DNA of 64,000 bases from Eledone cirrhosa. Its lineage: Eukaryota. Shown in pieces: positions 50,301 through 64,000 of the stretch. Within the stretch, counting starts at the first letter, position 1; each line of letters starts with the position of its first letter. The stretch spans positions 77,748,001 to 77,812,000 of the forward strand of contig OZ024744.1 in NCBI GenBank assembly GCA_964016885.1, in the 5' to 3' direction. Position numbers and translations under genes: made by a program. The notes below the pieces were generated by a model. The model was not told where the DNA came from, ran no database searches, and saw nothing but the letters and a program-made list of their open reading frames with translations.

Positions 50301-53300
50301 TGAGATATACTCTGTGTTGAGATATAGTCTGGAGTGAGATATAGTCTGGGGTGAGATAAAGTCTGTGGTGAGATATAGTCTGTGGTGAGATATACTCTGT
50401 GTTGAGATATAGTCTGGGGTGAGATATAGTCTGTGGTAAGATATAGATTGTGGTGAGATATAGTCTGGGGTGAGATATAGTCTATGGTGAGATATAGTCT
50501 GTGGTGAGATATAGTCTACGGTGAGATATAGTCTGTGGTGAGATATAGTCTGTGGTGAGATATAGTCTATAGTGTGATATAGTCTGGGGTGAGATATAGT
50601 CTGTGGTGAGATATAGTCTATGGTGAGATATAGGCCGTGGTGAGATATAGTCTGTGGTGAAATATAGTCTGGGGTGAGATATAGTGTGGGGTGAGAAATA
50701 GTCTGGGGTGAGATATACTCTATGGTGAGATATACTCTGGGGTGAAATATAGTCTGTGGTGAGATATAGTCTGGGGTGAGATATAGTCTGGGGTGAGATA
50801 TAGTCTGGTCTGAGATATAGTCTGTAGTGAGATATAGTCTGGGGTGAGATATAGTCTGGGGTGAGATATAGTCTGTGGTAAGATATAGTCTATGGTGAGA
50901 TATAGTCTGTGGTGTGATATAGGGTGGAGTGAGATATAGTCTGTGGTTAGATATAGTCTGGGGTGAGATATAGTCTGTGGTTAGATATAGTCTGGGGTGA
51001 CATATAGTCTGTGGTGAGATATAGTCTGTGGTGAGATATAATATGAGGTGAGATATAGTCTGTGGTGAGATATAGTCTGGGGTGAGATGTATTCTGTGTT
51101 GAGATATAGTCTGGAGTGAGATATAGTCTGGTGTGAGATATAGTCTGTGGTGAGTTATAGTCTATGGTGAGATATAGTCTGTGCTGAGATAAAGTCTATG
51201 GTGAGATATAGTCTATGGTGAGATATAGTATGTGGTGAGATATAGTCTATGGTGTGATAGAGTCTGGGGTGAGATATAGTCTGTGGTGAGATATAGTCTA
51301 TGGTGAGATATAGTCCGTGGTGAGATATAGTCTAGGGTGAGATATAGTCTGTGGTGAGATATAGTTTGTGGTAAGATATAGTCTGGAGTGAGATATAGTC
51401 TGTGGTGAGATATAGTCTGTGGTGAGATATAGTCTGTGGTTAGGTGTAGTCTGTAGTGAGATATAGTCTGTAGTGAGATATAGTCTGTAGTGAGATATAG
51501 TCTGTGGTGAGATATAGTATATGGTGAGTTATAGTCTATGGTGAGATATAGTCTGTAGTGAGATACATTCTGTGGTGACATATAGTCTGTGGTGAGATAT
51601 AATCTGGGGTGATATATAGTCTGGGGTGAGATATAGTCTGGGGTGAGATATAGTCTGTGGTGAGATATAGTGTGGGGTGAGATATAGTCTGTAGTCAGAT
51701 ATAGTCTGGGGTGAGATATAGTCTATGGTGAGATATAGTCTGTAGTGAGATATAGTCTGTGGTGAGATATAGTCTGTAGTCAAATATAGTCTGGGGTGAG
51801 ATATAGTCTGAGGTGAGATATAGTCTGTGGTGAGATATAGTGTGGGGTGAGATATAGTCTGTAGTGAGATATAGTCTGGGGTGAGATATAGTCTGTGGTG
51901 AGATATAGTTTGGGGTGAGATATAGTCTGTGGTAAGATATAGTCTATGGTGAGATATAGTCTGTGGTGTGATATAGGCTGGAGTGAGATATAGTCTCTGG
52001 TTAGATATAGTCTGGGGTGAGATATAGTCTGTGGTGAGATATAGTCTATGGTGAGATATAGTCTGTAGTGAGATATAGTCTGTGGTGAGATATAGTCTGT
52101 GGTGAGGTATAGTCTGTTGTAAGATGTAGTGTGTGGTGAGATATAGTCTGGGGTTAGATAAAGTCTGTGGTGAGATATAGTTTGTTGTGAGATATAGTCT
52201 GTGGTGAGATGTAGTCTATGGTGAGATATAGTCTGTAGTGAGATATAGTCTGTGGTAGGATGTAGTCTATGGTGAGATATAGTCTGTAGTGAGATATAGT
52301 CTGTGGTAGGATATAGTCTGTGGTGAGATATAGTCTGTAGTCAAATATAGTCTGGGGTGAGATATAGTTTGGGGTGAGATATAGTCTGTGGTGAGATATA
52401 GTGTGGGGTGAGATATAGTTTGTAGTCAGATATAGTCTGTGGTGTGATATAGGCTGGGGTGAGATATAGTCTGTTGGGAGAGATAGTCTGTGGTGAGATA
52501 TAGTCTGTGGTGAGATATATTCTGGGGCGAGATATAATCTGTGGTGAGATATAGTCTGTAGTGAGATATAGTCTGGGGTGAGATATAGTCTGTGGTGAGA
52601 TATAGTCTGGGGTGAGATATAGTCTGTGGTTAGATATAGTCTGTGGTGAGATATAGTCTGTGGTGAGATATAATCTGTGGTGAGATATAGTCTTTGGTGA
52701 GATATAGTCTGTGGTGAGATATAGTCTGTGGTGAGATATAGTGTGTGGTAAGATATAGACTATGGTGAGATATAGTCTATGGTGAGATATAGTCTGTGGT
52801 GAGATATATTCTATGGTGAGATATAGTCTGTGGTGAGATATAGTCTATGGTGAGGTATAGTCGGGGGTGAGATATAGTGTGGGGTGAGATATAGTCTGTC
52901 GTGAGATATAGTCTGTGGTGAGATATAGTCTGTGGTGAGATATAGTCTGTGGTGTGATATAGTCTGTGGTGAGATATAGTCTGGGGTGAGATATAGTCTA
53001 GGGTGAGATATAGTCTATGGTGAGATATAGTCTGTGGTGAGATATAATATGAGGTGAGATATACTCTGTGTTGAGATATAGTCTGGAGTGAGATATAGTC
53101 TGGGGTGAGATAAAGTCTGTGGTGAGATATAGTCTGTGGTGAGATATACTCTGTGTTGAGATATAGTCTGGGGTGAGATATAGTCTGTGGTGAGATATAG
53201 ATTGTGGTGAGATATAGTCTGGGGTGAGATATAGTCTATGGTGAGATATAGTCTGTGGTGAGATATAGTCTATGGTGAGATATAGTCTGTGGTGAGATAT

Positions 53301-56300
53301 AGTCTGTGGTGAGATATAGTCTATAGTGTGATATAGTCTGGGGTGAGATATAGTCTGTGGTGAGATATAGTCTATGGTGAGATATAGGCCGTGGTGAGAT
53401 ATAGTCTGTGGTGAAATATAGTCTGGGGTGAGATATAGTGTGGGGTGAGAAATAGTCTGGGGTGAGATATACTCTATGGTGAGATATACTCTGGGGTGAA
53501 ATATAGTCTGTGGTGAGATATAGTCTGGGGTGAGATATAGTCTGGGGTGAGATATAGTCTGGTCTGAGATATAGTCTGTAGTGAGATATAGTCTGGGGTG
53601 AGATATAGTCTGGGGTGAGATATAGTCTGTGGTAAGATATAGTCTATGGTGAGATATAGTCTGTGGTGTGATATAGGGTGGAGTGAGATATAGTCTGTGG
53701 TTAGATATAGTCTGGGGTGAGATATAGTCTGTGGTTAGATATAGTCTGGGGTGACATATAGTCTGTGGTGAGATATAGTCTGTGGTGAGATATAATATGA
53801 GGTGAGATATAGTCTGTGGTGAGATATAGTCTGGGGTGAGATGTATTCTGTGTTGAGATATAGTCTGGAGTGAGATATAGTCTGGTGTGAGATATAGTCT
53901 GTGGTGAGTTATAGTCTATGGTGAGATATAGTCTGTGCTGAGATAAAGTCTATGGTGAGATATAGTCTATGGTGAGATATAGTATGTGGTGAGATATAGT
54001 CTATGGTGTGATAGAGTCTGGGGTGAGATATAGTCTGTGGTGAGATATAGTCTATGGTGAGATATAGTCCGTGGTGAGATATAGTCTAGGGTGAGATATA
54101 GTCTGTGGTGAGATATAGTTTGTGGTAAGATATAGTCTGGAGTGAGATATAGTCTGTGGTGAGATATAGTCTGTGGTGAGATATAGTCTGTGGTTAGGTG
54201 TAGTCTGTAGTGAGATATAGTCTGTAGTGAGATATAGTCTGTAGTGAGATATAGTCTGTGGTGAGATATAGTATATGGTGAGTTATAGTCTATGGTGAGA
54301 TATAGTCTGTAGTGAGATACATTCTGTGGTGACATATAGTCTGTGGTGAGATATAATCTGGGGTGATATATAGTCTGGGGTGAGATATAGTCTGGGGTGA
54401 GATATAGTCTGTGGTGAGATATAGTGTGGGGTGAGATATAGTCTGTAGTCAGATATAGTCTGGGGTGAGATATAGTCTATGGTGAGATATAGTCTGTAGT
54501 GAGATATAGTCTGTGGTGAGATATAGTCTGTAGTCAAATATAGTCTGGGGTGAGATATAGTCTGAGGTGAGATATAGTCTGTGGTGAGATATAGTGTGGG
54601 GTGAGATATAGTCTGTAGTGAGATATAGTCTGGGGTGAGATATAGTCTGGGGTGAGATATAGTTTGGGGTGAGATATAGTCTGTGGTAAGATATAGTCTA
54701 TGGTGAGATATAGTCTGTGGTGTGATATAGGCTGGAGTGAGATATAGTCTGTGGTTAGATATAGTCTGGGGTGAGATATAGTCTGTGGTGAGATATAGTC
54801 TATGGTGAGATATAGTCTGTAGTGAGATATAGTCTGTGGTGAGATATAGTCTGTGGTGAGGTATAGTCTGTTGTAAGATGTAGTGTGTGGTGAGATATAG
54901 TCTGGGGTTAGATAAAGTCTGTGGTGAGATATAGTTTGTTGTGAGATATAGTCTGTGGTGAGATGTAGTCTATGGTGAGATATAGTCTGTAGTGAGATAT
55001 AGTCTGTGGTAGGATGTAGTCTATGGTGAGATATAGTCTGTAGTGAGATATAGTCTGTGGTAGGATATAGTCTGTGGTGAGATATAGTCTGTAGTCAAAT
55101 ATAGTCTGGGGTGAGATATAGTTTGGGGTGAGATATAGTCTGTGGTGAGATATAGTGTGGGGTGAGATATAGTTTGTAGTCAGATATAGTCTGTGGTGTG
55201 ATATAGGCTGGGGTGAGATATAGTCTGTTGGGAGAGATAGTCTGTGGTGAGATATAGTCTGTGGTGAGATATATTCTGGGGCGAGATATAATCTGTGGTG
55301 AGATATAGTCTGTAGTGAGATATAGTCTGGGGTGAGATATAGTCTGTGGTGAGATATAGTCTGGGGTGAGATATAGTCTGTGGTGAGATATAGTCTGTGG
55401 TGAGATATAGTCTGTGGTGAGATATAATCTGTGGTGAGATATAGTCTTTGGTGAGATATAGTCTGTGGTGAGATATAGTCTGTGGTGAGATATAGTCTAT
55501 GGTGAGATATAGTCTGTGGTGAGATATAGTCTGTAGTGAGATATAGTCTGTAGTGAGATATAGTCTGTAGTGAGATATAGTCTGGGGTGAGATATAGTCT
55601 GGGGTTTGATATAGTTTGTGGTGAGACATAGTCTGTGGTGAGATATAGTCTATGGTGAGATATAGTCAGTGGTGAGATATAGTCTGGGGTGAGATATACT
55701 CTATGGTGAGATATAGTCTGGGGTGAGATATAGTCTGTGGTGAGATATAGTCTGGGGTGAGATATAGTCTGTAGTGAGATATAGTCTATGGTGAGATATA
55801 GTCTGGTGTGAGATAAAGTCTGTAGTGAGATATATGCTGTGGTGAGATATAATCTGTGGTGAGATATAGTCTGTGGTGAGATATAGTCTGTGGTAGATAT
55901 AGTCTGGGGTGAGATATAGTCTGTGGTGAGATATAGTCTGTGGTGAGATATAGTCTGTGGTGAGATATAATCTGTGGCGAGATATAGTCTGTAGTGAGAT
56001 ATAGTCTGTAGTGAGATATAGTCTGGGGTGAGATATAGTCTGTGGTGAGATATAGTTTGTGGTAAGATATAGTCTGGAGTGAGATATAGTCTGTGGTGAG
56101 ATATAGTCTGTGGTGAGATATAGTCTGTGGTTAGGTGTAGTCTGTAGTGAGATATAGTCTGTAGTGAGATATAGTCTGTAGTGAGATATAGTCTGTGGTG
56201 AGATATAGTATATGGTGAGTTATAGTCAGTGGTGAGATATAGTCTGTAGTGAGATACATTCTGTGGTGACATATAGTCTGTGGTGAGATATAATCTGGGG

Positions 56301-59300
56301 TGATATATAGTCTGGGGTGAGATATAGTCTGGGGTGAGATATAGTCTGTGGTGAGATATAGTGTGGGGTGAGATATAGTCTGTAGTCAGATATAGTCTGG
56401 GGTGAGATATAGTCTATGGTGAGATATAGTCTGTAGTGAGATATAGTCTGTGGTGAGATATAGTCTGTAGTCAAATATAGTCTGGGGTGAGATATAGTCT
56501 GAGGTGAGATATAGTCTGTGGTGAGATATAGTGTGGGGTGAGATATAGTCTGTAGTGAGATATAGTCTGGGGTGAGATATAGTCTGGGGTGAGATATAGT
56601 TTGGGGTGAGATATAGTCTGTGGTAAGATATAGTCTATGGTGAGATATAGTCTGTGGTGTGATATAGGCTGGAGTGAGATATAGTCTGTGGTTAGATATA
56701 GTCTGGGGTGAGATATAGTCTGTGGTGAGATATAGTCTATGGTGAGATATAGTCTGTAGTGAGATATAGTCTGTGGTGAGATATAGTCTGTGGTGAGGTA
56801 TAGTCTGTTGTAAGATGTAGTGTGTGGTGAGATATAGTCTGGGGTTAGATAAAGTCTGTGGTGAGATATAGTTTGTTGTGAGATATAGTCTGTGGTGAGA
56901 TGTAGTCTATGGTGAGATATAGTCTGTAGTGAGATATAGTCTGTGGTAGGATGTAGTCTATGGTGAGATATAGTCTGTAGTGAGATATAGTCTGTGGTAG
57001 GATATAGTCTGTGGTGAGATATAGTCTGTAGTCAAATATAGTCTGGGGTGAGATATAGTTTGGGGTGAGATATAGTCTGTGGTGAGATATAGTGTGGGGT
57101 GAGATATAGTTTGTAGTCAGATATAGTCTGTGGTGTGATATAGGCTGGGGTGAGATATAGTCTGTTGGGAGAGATAGTCTGTGGTGAGATATAGTCTGTG
57201 GTGAGATATATTCTGGGGCGAGATATAATCTGTGGTGAGATATAGTCTGTAGTGAGATATAGTCTGGGGTGAGATATAGTCTGTGGTGAGATATAGTCTG
57301 GGGTGAGATATAGTCTGTGGTGAGATATAGTCTGTGGTGAGATATAGTCTGTGGTGAGATATAATCTGTGGTGAGATATAGTCTTTGGTGAGATATAGTC
57401 TGTGGTGAGATATAGTCTGTGGTGAGATATAGTCTATGGTGAGATATAGTCTGTGGTGAGATATAGTCTGTAGTGAGATATAGTCTGTAGTGAGATATAG
57501 TCTGTAGTGAGATATAGTCTGGGGTGAGATATAGTCTGGGGTTTGATATAGTTTGTGGTGAGACATAGTCTGTGGTGAGATATAGTCTATGGTGAGATAT
57601 AGTCAGTGGTGAGATATAGTCTGGGGTGAGATATACTCTATGGTGAGATATAGTCTGGGGTGAGATATAGTCTGTGGTGAGATATAGTCTGGGGTGAGAT
57701 ATAGTCTGTAGTGAGATATAGTCTATGGTGAGATATAGTCTGGTGTGAGATAAAGTCTGTAGTGAGATATATGCTGTGGTGAGATATAATCTGTGGTGAG
57801 ATATAGTCTGTGGTGAGATATAGTCTGTGGTAGATATAGTCTGGGGTGAGATATAGTCTGTGGTGAGATATAGTCTGTGGTGAGATATAGTCTGTGGTGA
57901 GATATAATCTGTGGCGAGATATAGTCTGTAGTGAGATATAGTCTGTAGTGAGATATAGTCTGGGGTGAGATATAGTCTGGGGTTTGATATAGTTTGTGGT
58001 GAGATATAGTCTGTGGTGAGATATAGTCTATGGTGAGATATAGTCCGTGGTGAGATATAGTCTGGGGTGAGATATACTCTATGGTGAGATATAGTCTGGG
58101 GTGAGATATAGTCTGTGGTGAGATATAGTCTGGGGTGAGATATAGTGTGTAGTGAGATATAGTCTATGGTGAGATATAGTCTGGTGTGAGATATAGTCTG
58201 TAGTGAGATATATGCTGTGGTGAGATATAATCTGTGGTGAGATATAGTCTGTGGTGAGATATAGTCTGTGGTAGATATAGCCTGGGGTGAGATATAGTCT
58301 GTGGTGAGATATAGTCTGGGGTGAGATATAGTCTGGGGTGAGATATACTCTCATGTGAGATATAGTCTGATGTGAGATATAGTCTGTGGTGAGATATAGT
58401 CTCTGGTAGATATAGTCTGTGGTGAGATATAGTCTGTAGTGAGATATAGTCTGTAGTGAGATATAGTCTGTGGTGAGATATAGTATGTAGTGAGATATAG
58501 TCTGGGGTGAGATATAGTCTGGGGTGAGATATAGTCTGTAGTGAGATATAGTCTGGGGTGAGATATAGTCTGGTGTTTGATATAGTTTGTGGTGAGATAT
58601 AGTCTCTGGTGAGATATAGTCTGTAGTGAGATATAGTCTATGGTGAGATATAGTCTGGGGTGAGATATAGTCTGGGGTGAGATATAGTCTGTAGTGAGAT
58701 ATAGTCTATGGTGAGATATAGTCCGTGGTGAGATATAGTCTGGGGTGAGATATACTCTATGGTGAGATATAGTCTGGGGTGAGATATAGTCTGTGGTGAG
58801 ATATAGTCTGGGGTGATATATAGTCTGTAGTGAGATATAGTCTGTAGTGAGATATAGTCTGTGGTAGGATATAGTCTGTGGTGAGACAGCGTCTGTGGTG
58901 AGATATAGGCTGTGGTGAGATATAGGCTGTGGTGAGATATAGTCTATGGTGAGTTATAGTCTATGGTGAGATATAGTCTGTTGTGAGATACATTCTATGG
59001 TGACATATAATCTGTGGTGAGATATAATCTGGGGTGAGATATACTCTATGGTGAGATATAGTCTGGGGTGAGATATAGTCTGTGGTGAGATATAGTGTGG
59101 GGTGAGATATAGTCTGTAGTCAGATATAGTCTGGGGTGAGATATAGTCTATGGTGAGATATAGTCTGTAGTGAGATATAGTCTGTGGTGAAATATAGTCT
59201 GTAGTCAAATATAGTCTGGGGTGAGATATAGTTTGGGGGGAGATATAGTCTGTGGTGAGATATTGTGTGGGGTGAGATATAATCTGTAGTCAGATATAGT

Positions 59301-62300
59301 CTGGGGTGAGATATAGTCTTGTCTGAGATATAGTCTGTAGTGAGATATAGTCTGGGGTGAGATATATTCTGGGATGAGATATAGTCTGGGGTGAGATATA
59401 GTCTGTGGTAAGATATAGTCTATGGTGAGATATAGTCTGTGGTGTGATATAGGCTGGCGTGAGATATAGTCTGTGGTGAGATATAATCTGTGGTGAGATA
59501 TAGTCTTTGGTGAGATATAGTCTGTGGTGAGATATAATCTGTGGTGAGATATAGTCTGTAGTGAGATATAGTCTGTAGTGAGATATAGTCTGGGGTGAGA
59601 TATAGTCTGGGGTTTGATATAGTTTGTGGTGAGATATACTCTCAGGTGAGATATAGTCTCTAGTGAGATATAGTCTGTGGTGAGATATAGTCTGTGGTGA
59701 GATATAGTCTGTGGTAGGATATAGTCTATGGTGAGATATAGTCTATGGTGAGATATAGTCTCTAGTGAGATATAGTCTGTGGTGAGATATAGTCTGTGGT
59801 GAGATATAGTCTGTGGTAGGATATAGTCTATGGTGAGATATAGTCTGTTGTAAGATATAGTCTGTGGTGAGGTATAGTCTGTTGTGAGATATAGTGTGTG
59901 GTGAGATATAGTCTGGGGTTAGATATAGTCTGTGGTGAGATATAGTCTGTTGTGAGATATAGTCTATGGTGAGATATAGTCTCTAGTGAGATATAGTCTG
60001 TGGTGAGATATAGTCTGGGGTTAGATATAGTCTGTGGTGAGATATAGTCTATGGTGAGATATAGTCTCTAGTGAGATATAGTCTCTGGTGAGATATAGTC
60101 TGTGGTGAGATATAGTCTGTGGTAGGATATAATCTATGGTGAGATATAGTCTGTTGTAAGATATAGTCTGTGGTGAGGTATAGTCTGTTGTGAGATATAG
60201 TGTGTGGTGAGATATAGTCTGGGGCTAGATATAGTCTGTGATGAGATATAGTCTGTTGTGAGATATAGCCTGTGGTGAGCTATAGGTTATGGTGAGATAT
60301 AGTCTGGTGTGAGATATAGTCTGTAGTGAGATATAGGCTGTGGTGAGATATAATCTGTGGTGAGATATAGTCTGTGGTGAGATATAGTCTGTGGTGAGAT
60401 ATAGTCTGTGGTGAGATATAGTCTGTAGTGAGATATAGTCTGGGGTGAGATATAGTCTGTGGTGAGATATAGTTTGTGGTGAGATATAGTCTGGGGTGAG
60501 ATATACTCTCAGGTGAGATATAGTCTGATGTGAGATATAGTCTGGGGTGAGATATAGTCTGTGGTGAGATATAGTCTGTTGTGAGAGATAGTCTGTGGTG
60601 AGATATAGTCTGTGGTGAGATATTGTCTTTGGTGAGATATAGTCTGTAGTGAGATATAGTCTGGGGTGAGATATAGTCTGTGGTGAGATATAGTCTATGG
60701 TGAGATATAGTCTGTGGTGAGATATAGTCTGTGGTGAGATATAGTCTGTGGTGAGTTATAATCTGTGGTGAGATATAGTCTGTAGTGAGATATAGTCTGT
60801 AGTGAGATATAGTCTGGGGTGAGATATAGTCTGGGGTTTGATATAGTCTGTGGTGAGCTATAGTCTGGGGTGAGATATAGTCTGAGGTGAGATATAGTCT
60901 GTAGTGAGATATAGTCTGGGGTGAGATATAGTCTGGGGTTTGATATAGTTTGTGGTGAGATATACTCTCAGGTGAGATATAGTCTGATGTGAGATATAGT
61001 CTGTGGTGAGATATAGTCTGTGGTAGATATAGTCTGTGGTGAGATATAGTCTGTAGTGAGATATAGTCTGTAGTGAGATATAGTCTGTGGTGAGATATAG
61101 TCTGGGGTGAGATATAGACTGGGGTGAGATATACTCTTAGGTGAGATATAGTCTGATGTGAGAGATAGTCTGTGGTGAAATAAAGTCTGTGGTGAGATAT
61201 AGTCTTAGGTGAGATATAGTCTGTGGTGAGATATAGTCTGTGGTGAGATATAATCTGGGGTGATATATAATCTGGGGTCAGATATAGTCTGGGGTGAGAT
61301 ATAGTGTGGGGTGAGATATAGTCTGTAGTCAGATATAGTCTGGGGTGAGATATAGTCTGGGGTAAGATATAGTCTGGGGTGAGATATAGTCTGTAGTGAG
61401 ATATAGTCTATGGTGAGATATAGTCCGTGGTGATATATAGTCTGGGGAGAGATATACACTATGGTGAGATATAGTCTGGGGTGAGATATAGTCTGTGGTG
61501 AGATATAGTCTGGGGTGATATATAGTCTGTAGTGAGATATAGTCTGTAGTGAGATATAGTCTGTGGTAGGATATAGTCTGTGGTGAGACAGCGTCTGTGG
61601 TGAGATATAGGCTGTGGTGAGATATAGGCTGTGGTGAGATATAGTCTATGGTGAGTTATAGTCTATGGTGAGATATAATCTGTTGTGAGATACATTCTAT
61701 GGTGACATATAGTCTGTGGTGAGATATAATCTGGGGTGAGATATAGTCTATGGTGATATATAGTCTGGGGAGAGGTATAGTCTGTGGTGAGATATAGTGT
61801 GGGGTGAGATATAGTCTGTAGTAAGATATAGTCTGGGGTGAGATATAGTCTATGGTGAGATATAGTCTGTAGTGAGATATAGTCTGTGGTGAAATATAGT
61901 CTGTAGTCAAATATAGTCTGGGGTGAGATATAGTTTGGGGGGAGATATAGTCTGTGGTGAGATATTGTGTGGGGTGAGATATAGTCTGTAGTCTTATATA
62001 GTCTGGGGTGAGATATAGTCTGGTCTGAGATATAGACTGTAGTGAGATATAGTCTGGGGTGAGATATAGTCTGGGGTGAGATATAGTCTGGGGTGAGATA
62101 TAGTCTGTGGTAAGATATAGTCTATGGTGAGATATAGTCTCTGGTGTGATATAGGCTGGCGTGAGATATAGTCTGTGGTGAGATATAATCTGTGGTGAGA
62201 TATAGTCTTTGGTGAGATATAGTCTGTGGTGAGATATAATCTGTGGTGAGATATTATCTGTAGTGAGATATAGTCTGTAGTGAGATATAGTCTGGGGTGA

Positions 62301-64000
62301 GATATAGTCTGGGGTTTGATATAGTTTGTGGTGAGATATACTCTCAGGTGAGATATAGTCTGACGTGAGATATAGTCTGTGGTGAGATATAGTCTGTGGT
62401 AGATATAGTCTGTGGTGAGATATAGTCTGTAGTGAGATATAGTCTGTAGTGAGATATAGTCTGTGGTGAGATATAGTCTGGGGTGAGATATAGTCTGGGG
62501 TGAGATATACTCTTAGGTGAGATATAGTCTGATGTGAGAGATAGTCTGTGGTGAAATAAAGTCTGTGGTGAGATATAGTCTTAGGTAAGATATAGTCTGT
62601 GGTGAGATATAGTCTGTGGTGAGATATAGTCTGTGGTGAGATATAATCTGGGGTGATATATAATCTGGGGTCAGATATAGTCTGGGGTGAGATATAGTGT
62701 GGGGTGAGATAGAGTCTGTAGTGAGATATAGTCTGGGGTGAGATATAGTCTGTGGTGAGATATAGTCTGTGGTGAGATATAGTCTGGGGTGAGATATACT
62801 CTCAGGTGAGATATAGTCTGATGTGAGATATAGTCTGGGGTGAGATATAGTCTGTGGTGAGATATAGTCTGTTGTGAGAGATAGTCTGTGGTGAGATATA
62901 GTCTGTGGTGAGATATTGTCTTTGGTGAGATATAGTCTGTGGTGAGATATAGTCTGTGGTGAGATATAGTCTGTAGTGAGTTATAATCTGTGGTGAGATA
63001 TAGTCTGTAGTGAGATATAGTCTGTAGTGAGATATAGTCTGGGGTGAGATATAGTCTGGGGTTTGATATAGTCTGAGGTGAGATATAGTCTGTAGTGAGA
63101 TATAGTCTGGGGTGTGATATAGTCTGGGGTTTGATATAGTTTGTGGTGAGATATATTCTCAGGTGAGATATAGTCTGATGTGAGATATAGTCTGTGGTGA
63201 GATATAGTCTGTGGTAGATATAGTCTGTGGTGAGATATAGTCTGTAGTGAGATATAGTCTGTAGTGAGATATAGTCTGTGGTGAGATATAGTCTGGGGTG
63301 AGATATAGTCTGGGGTGAGATATACTCTTAGGTGAGATATAGTCTGATGTGAGAGATAGTCTGTGGTGAAATAAAGTCTGTGGTGAGATATAGTCTTAGG
63401 TGAGATATAGTCTTAGGTCAGATATAGTCTGTGGTGAGATATAGTCTGTGGTGAGATATAATCTGGGGTGATATATAATCTGGGGTCAGATATAGTCTGG
63501 GGTGAGATATAGTGTGGGGTGAGATATAGTCTGTAGTGAGATATAGTCTGTAGTGAGATATAGTCTGGGGTGAGATATAGTCTGGGGTGAGATATAGTCT
63601 GGGGTGAGATATAGTCTGTGGTAAGATATAGTCTATGCTGAGATATAGTCTATAGTGTGATATAGGCTGGAGTGAGATATAGTCTGTGGTTAGGTATAGT
63701 CTGTGGTGAGATATAGTCTATGGTGAGATATAGTCTCTAGTGAGATATAGTCTGTGGTGATATATAGTCTGTGGTGATATATAGTCTGTGGTAGGATATA
63801 GTCTATGGTGAGATATAGTCTGTTGTAAGATATAGTCTGTGGTGAGGTATAGTCTGTTGTGAGATATAGTGTGTGGTGAGATATAGCCTGGGGTTAGATA
63901 TAGTCTGTGGTGAGATATAGTCTGTTGTGAGATATAGCCTGTGGTGAGATATAGGTTATTGTGAGATATAGTCTGGTGTGAGATATAGTCTGTAGTGAGA
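41376..64000. repeat. 17-bp satellite array (>22.6 kb, runs off the window end)
   Basis: Consensus GTGAGATATAGTCT(GTG/GGG/ATG/GTA), about 1330 monomers by length. Confidence 0.99.

Noticed and set aside
44311-61910. ORFs up to 454 aa with TTDYISPQTISHHRLYL repeats
   Set aside because: These are translations of three 17-bp monomers (51 nt = 17 aa) on the stop-poor strand, with no evidence of a gene
41376-64000. CRISPR-like array
   Set aside because: Monomers are contiguous with only a 3-nt variable position, there are no unique spacers or cas genes, and the context is eukaryotic

Overview
AT-rich, repeat-dense eukaryotic genomic DNA. The SINE/RTE repertoire resembles octopus/cephalopod sequence, but that is inferred, not verified. 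No host protein-coding exon is recognisable. Bases 1-41.3 kb are a mosaic of (TA)n/(CA)n/(ATG)n microsatellites, decayed RTE and CR1-type LINEs, tRNA-derived SINEs, hAT and piggyBac MITEs and non-autonomous Helitrons. Bases 41.4-64 kb are a 17-bp satellite with kb-scale higher-order duplications, and its ORFs are artefacts. The main hidden signal is about 20 type I hammerhead ribozyme (HHR) motifs from about 12 sequence-unrelated families. Most lie in inverted-repeat inserts within (TA)n tracts. Many have very long stem II inserts, palindromic stem III and recurrent core variants (U3-A8; U·U closing stem II), and several share a downstream TATTGAGTAC-like motif. Two of these inserts keep stop-free C-terminal fragments of a Penelope-like (probably Hydra-clade) GIY-YIG endonuclease that are absent from the ORF track. 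All structures were folded by eye, and no activity or database search was run.
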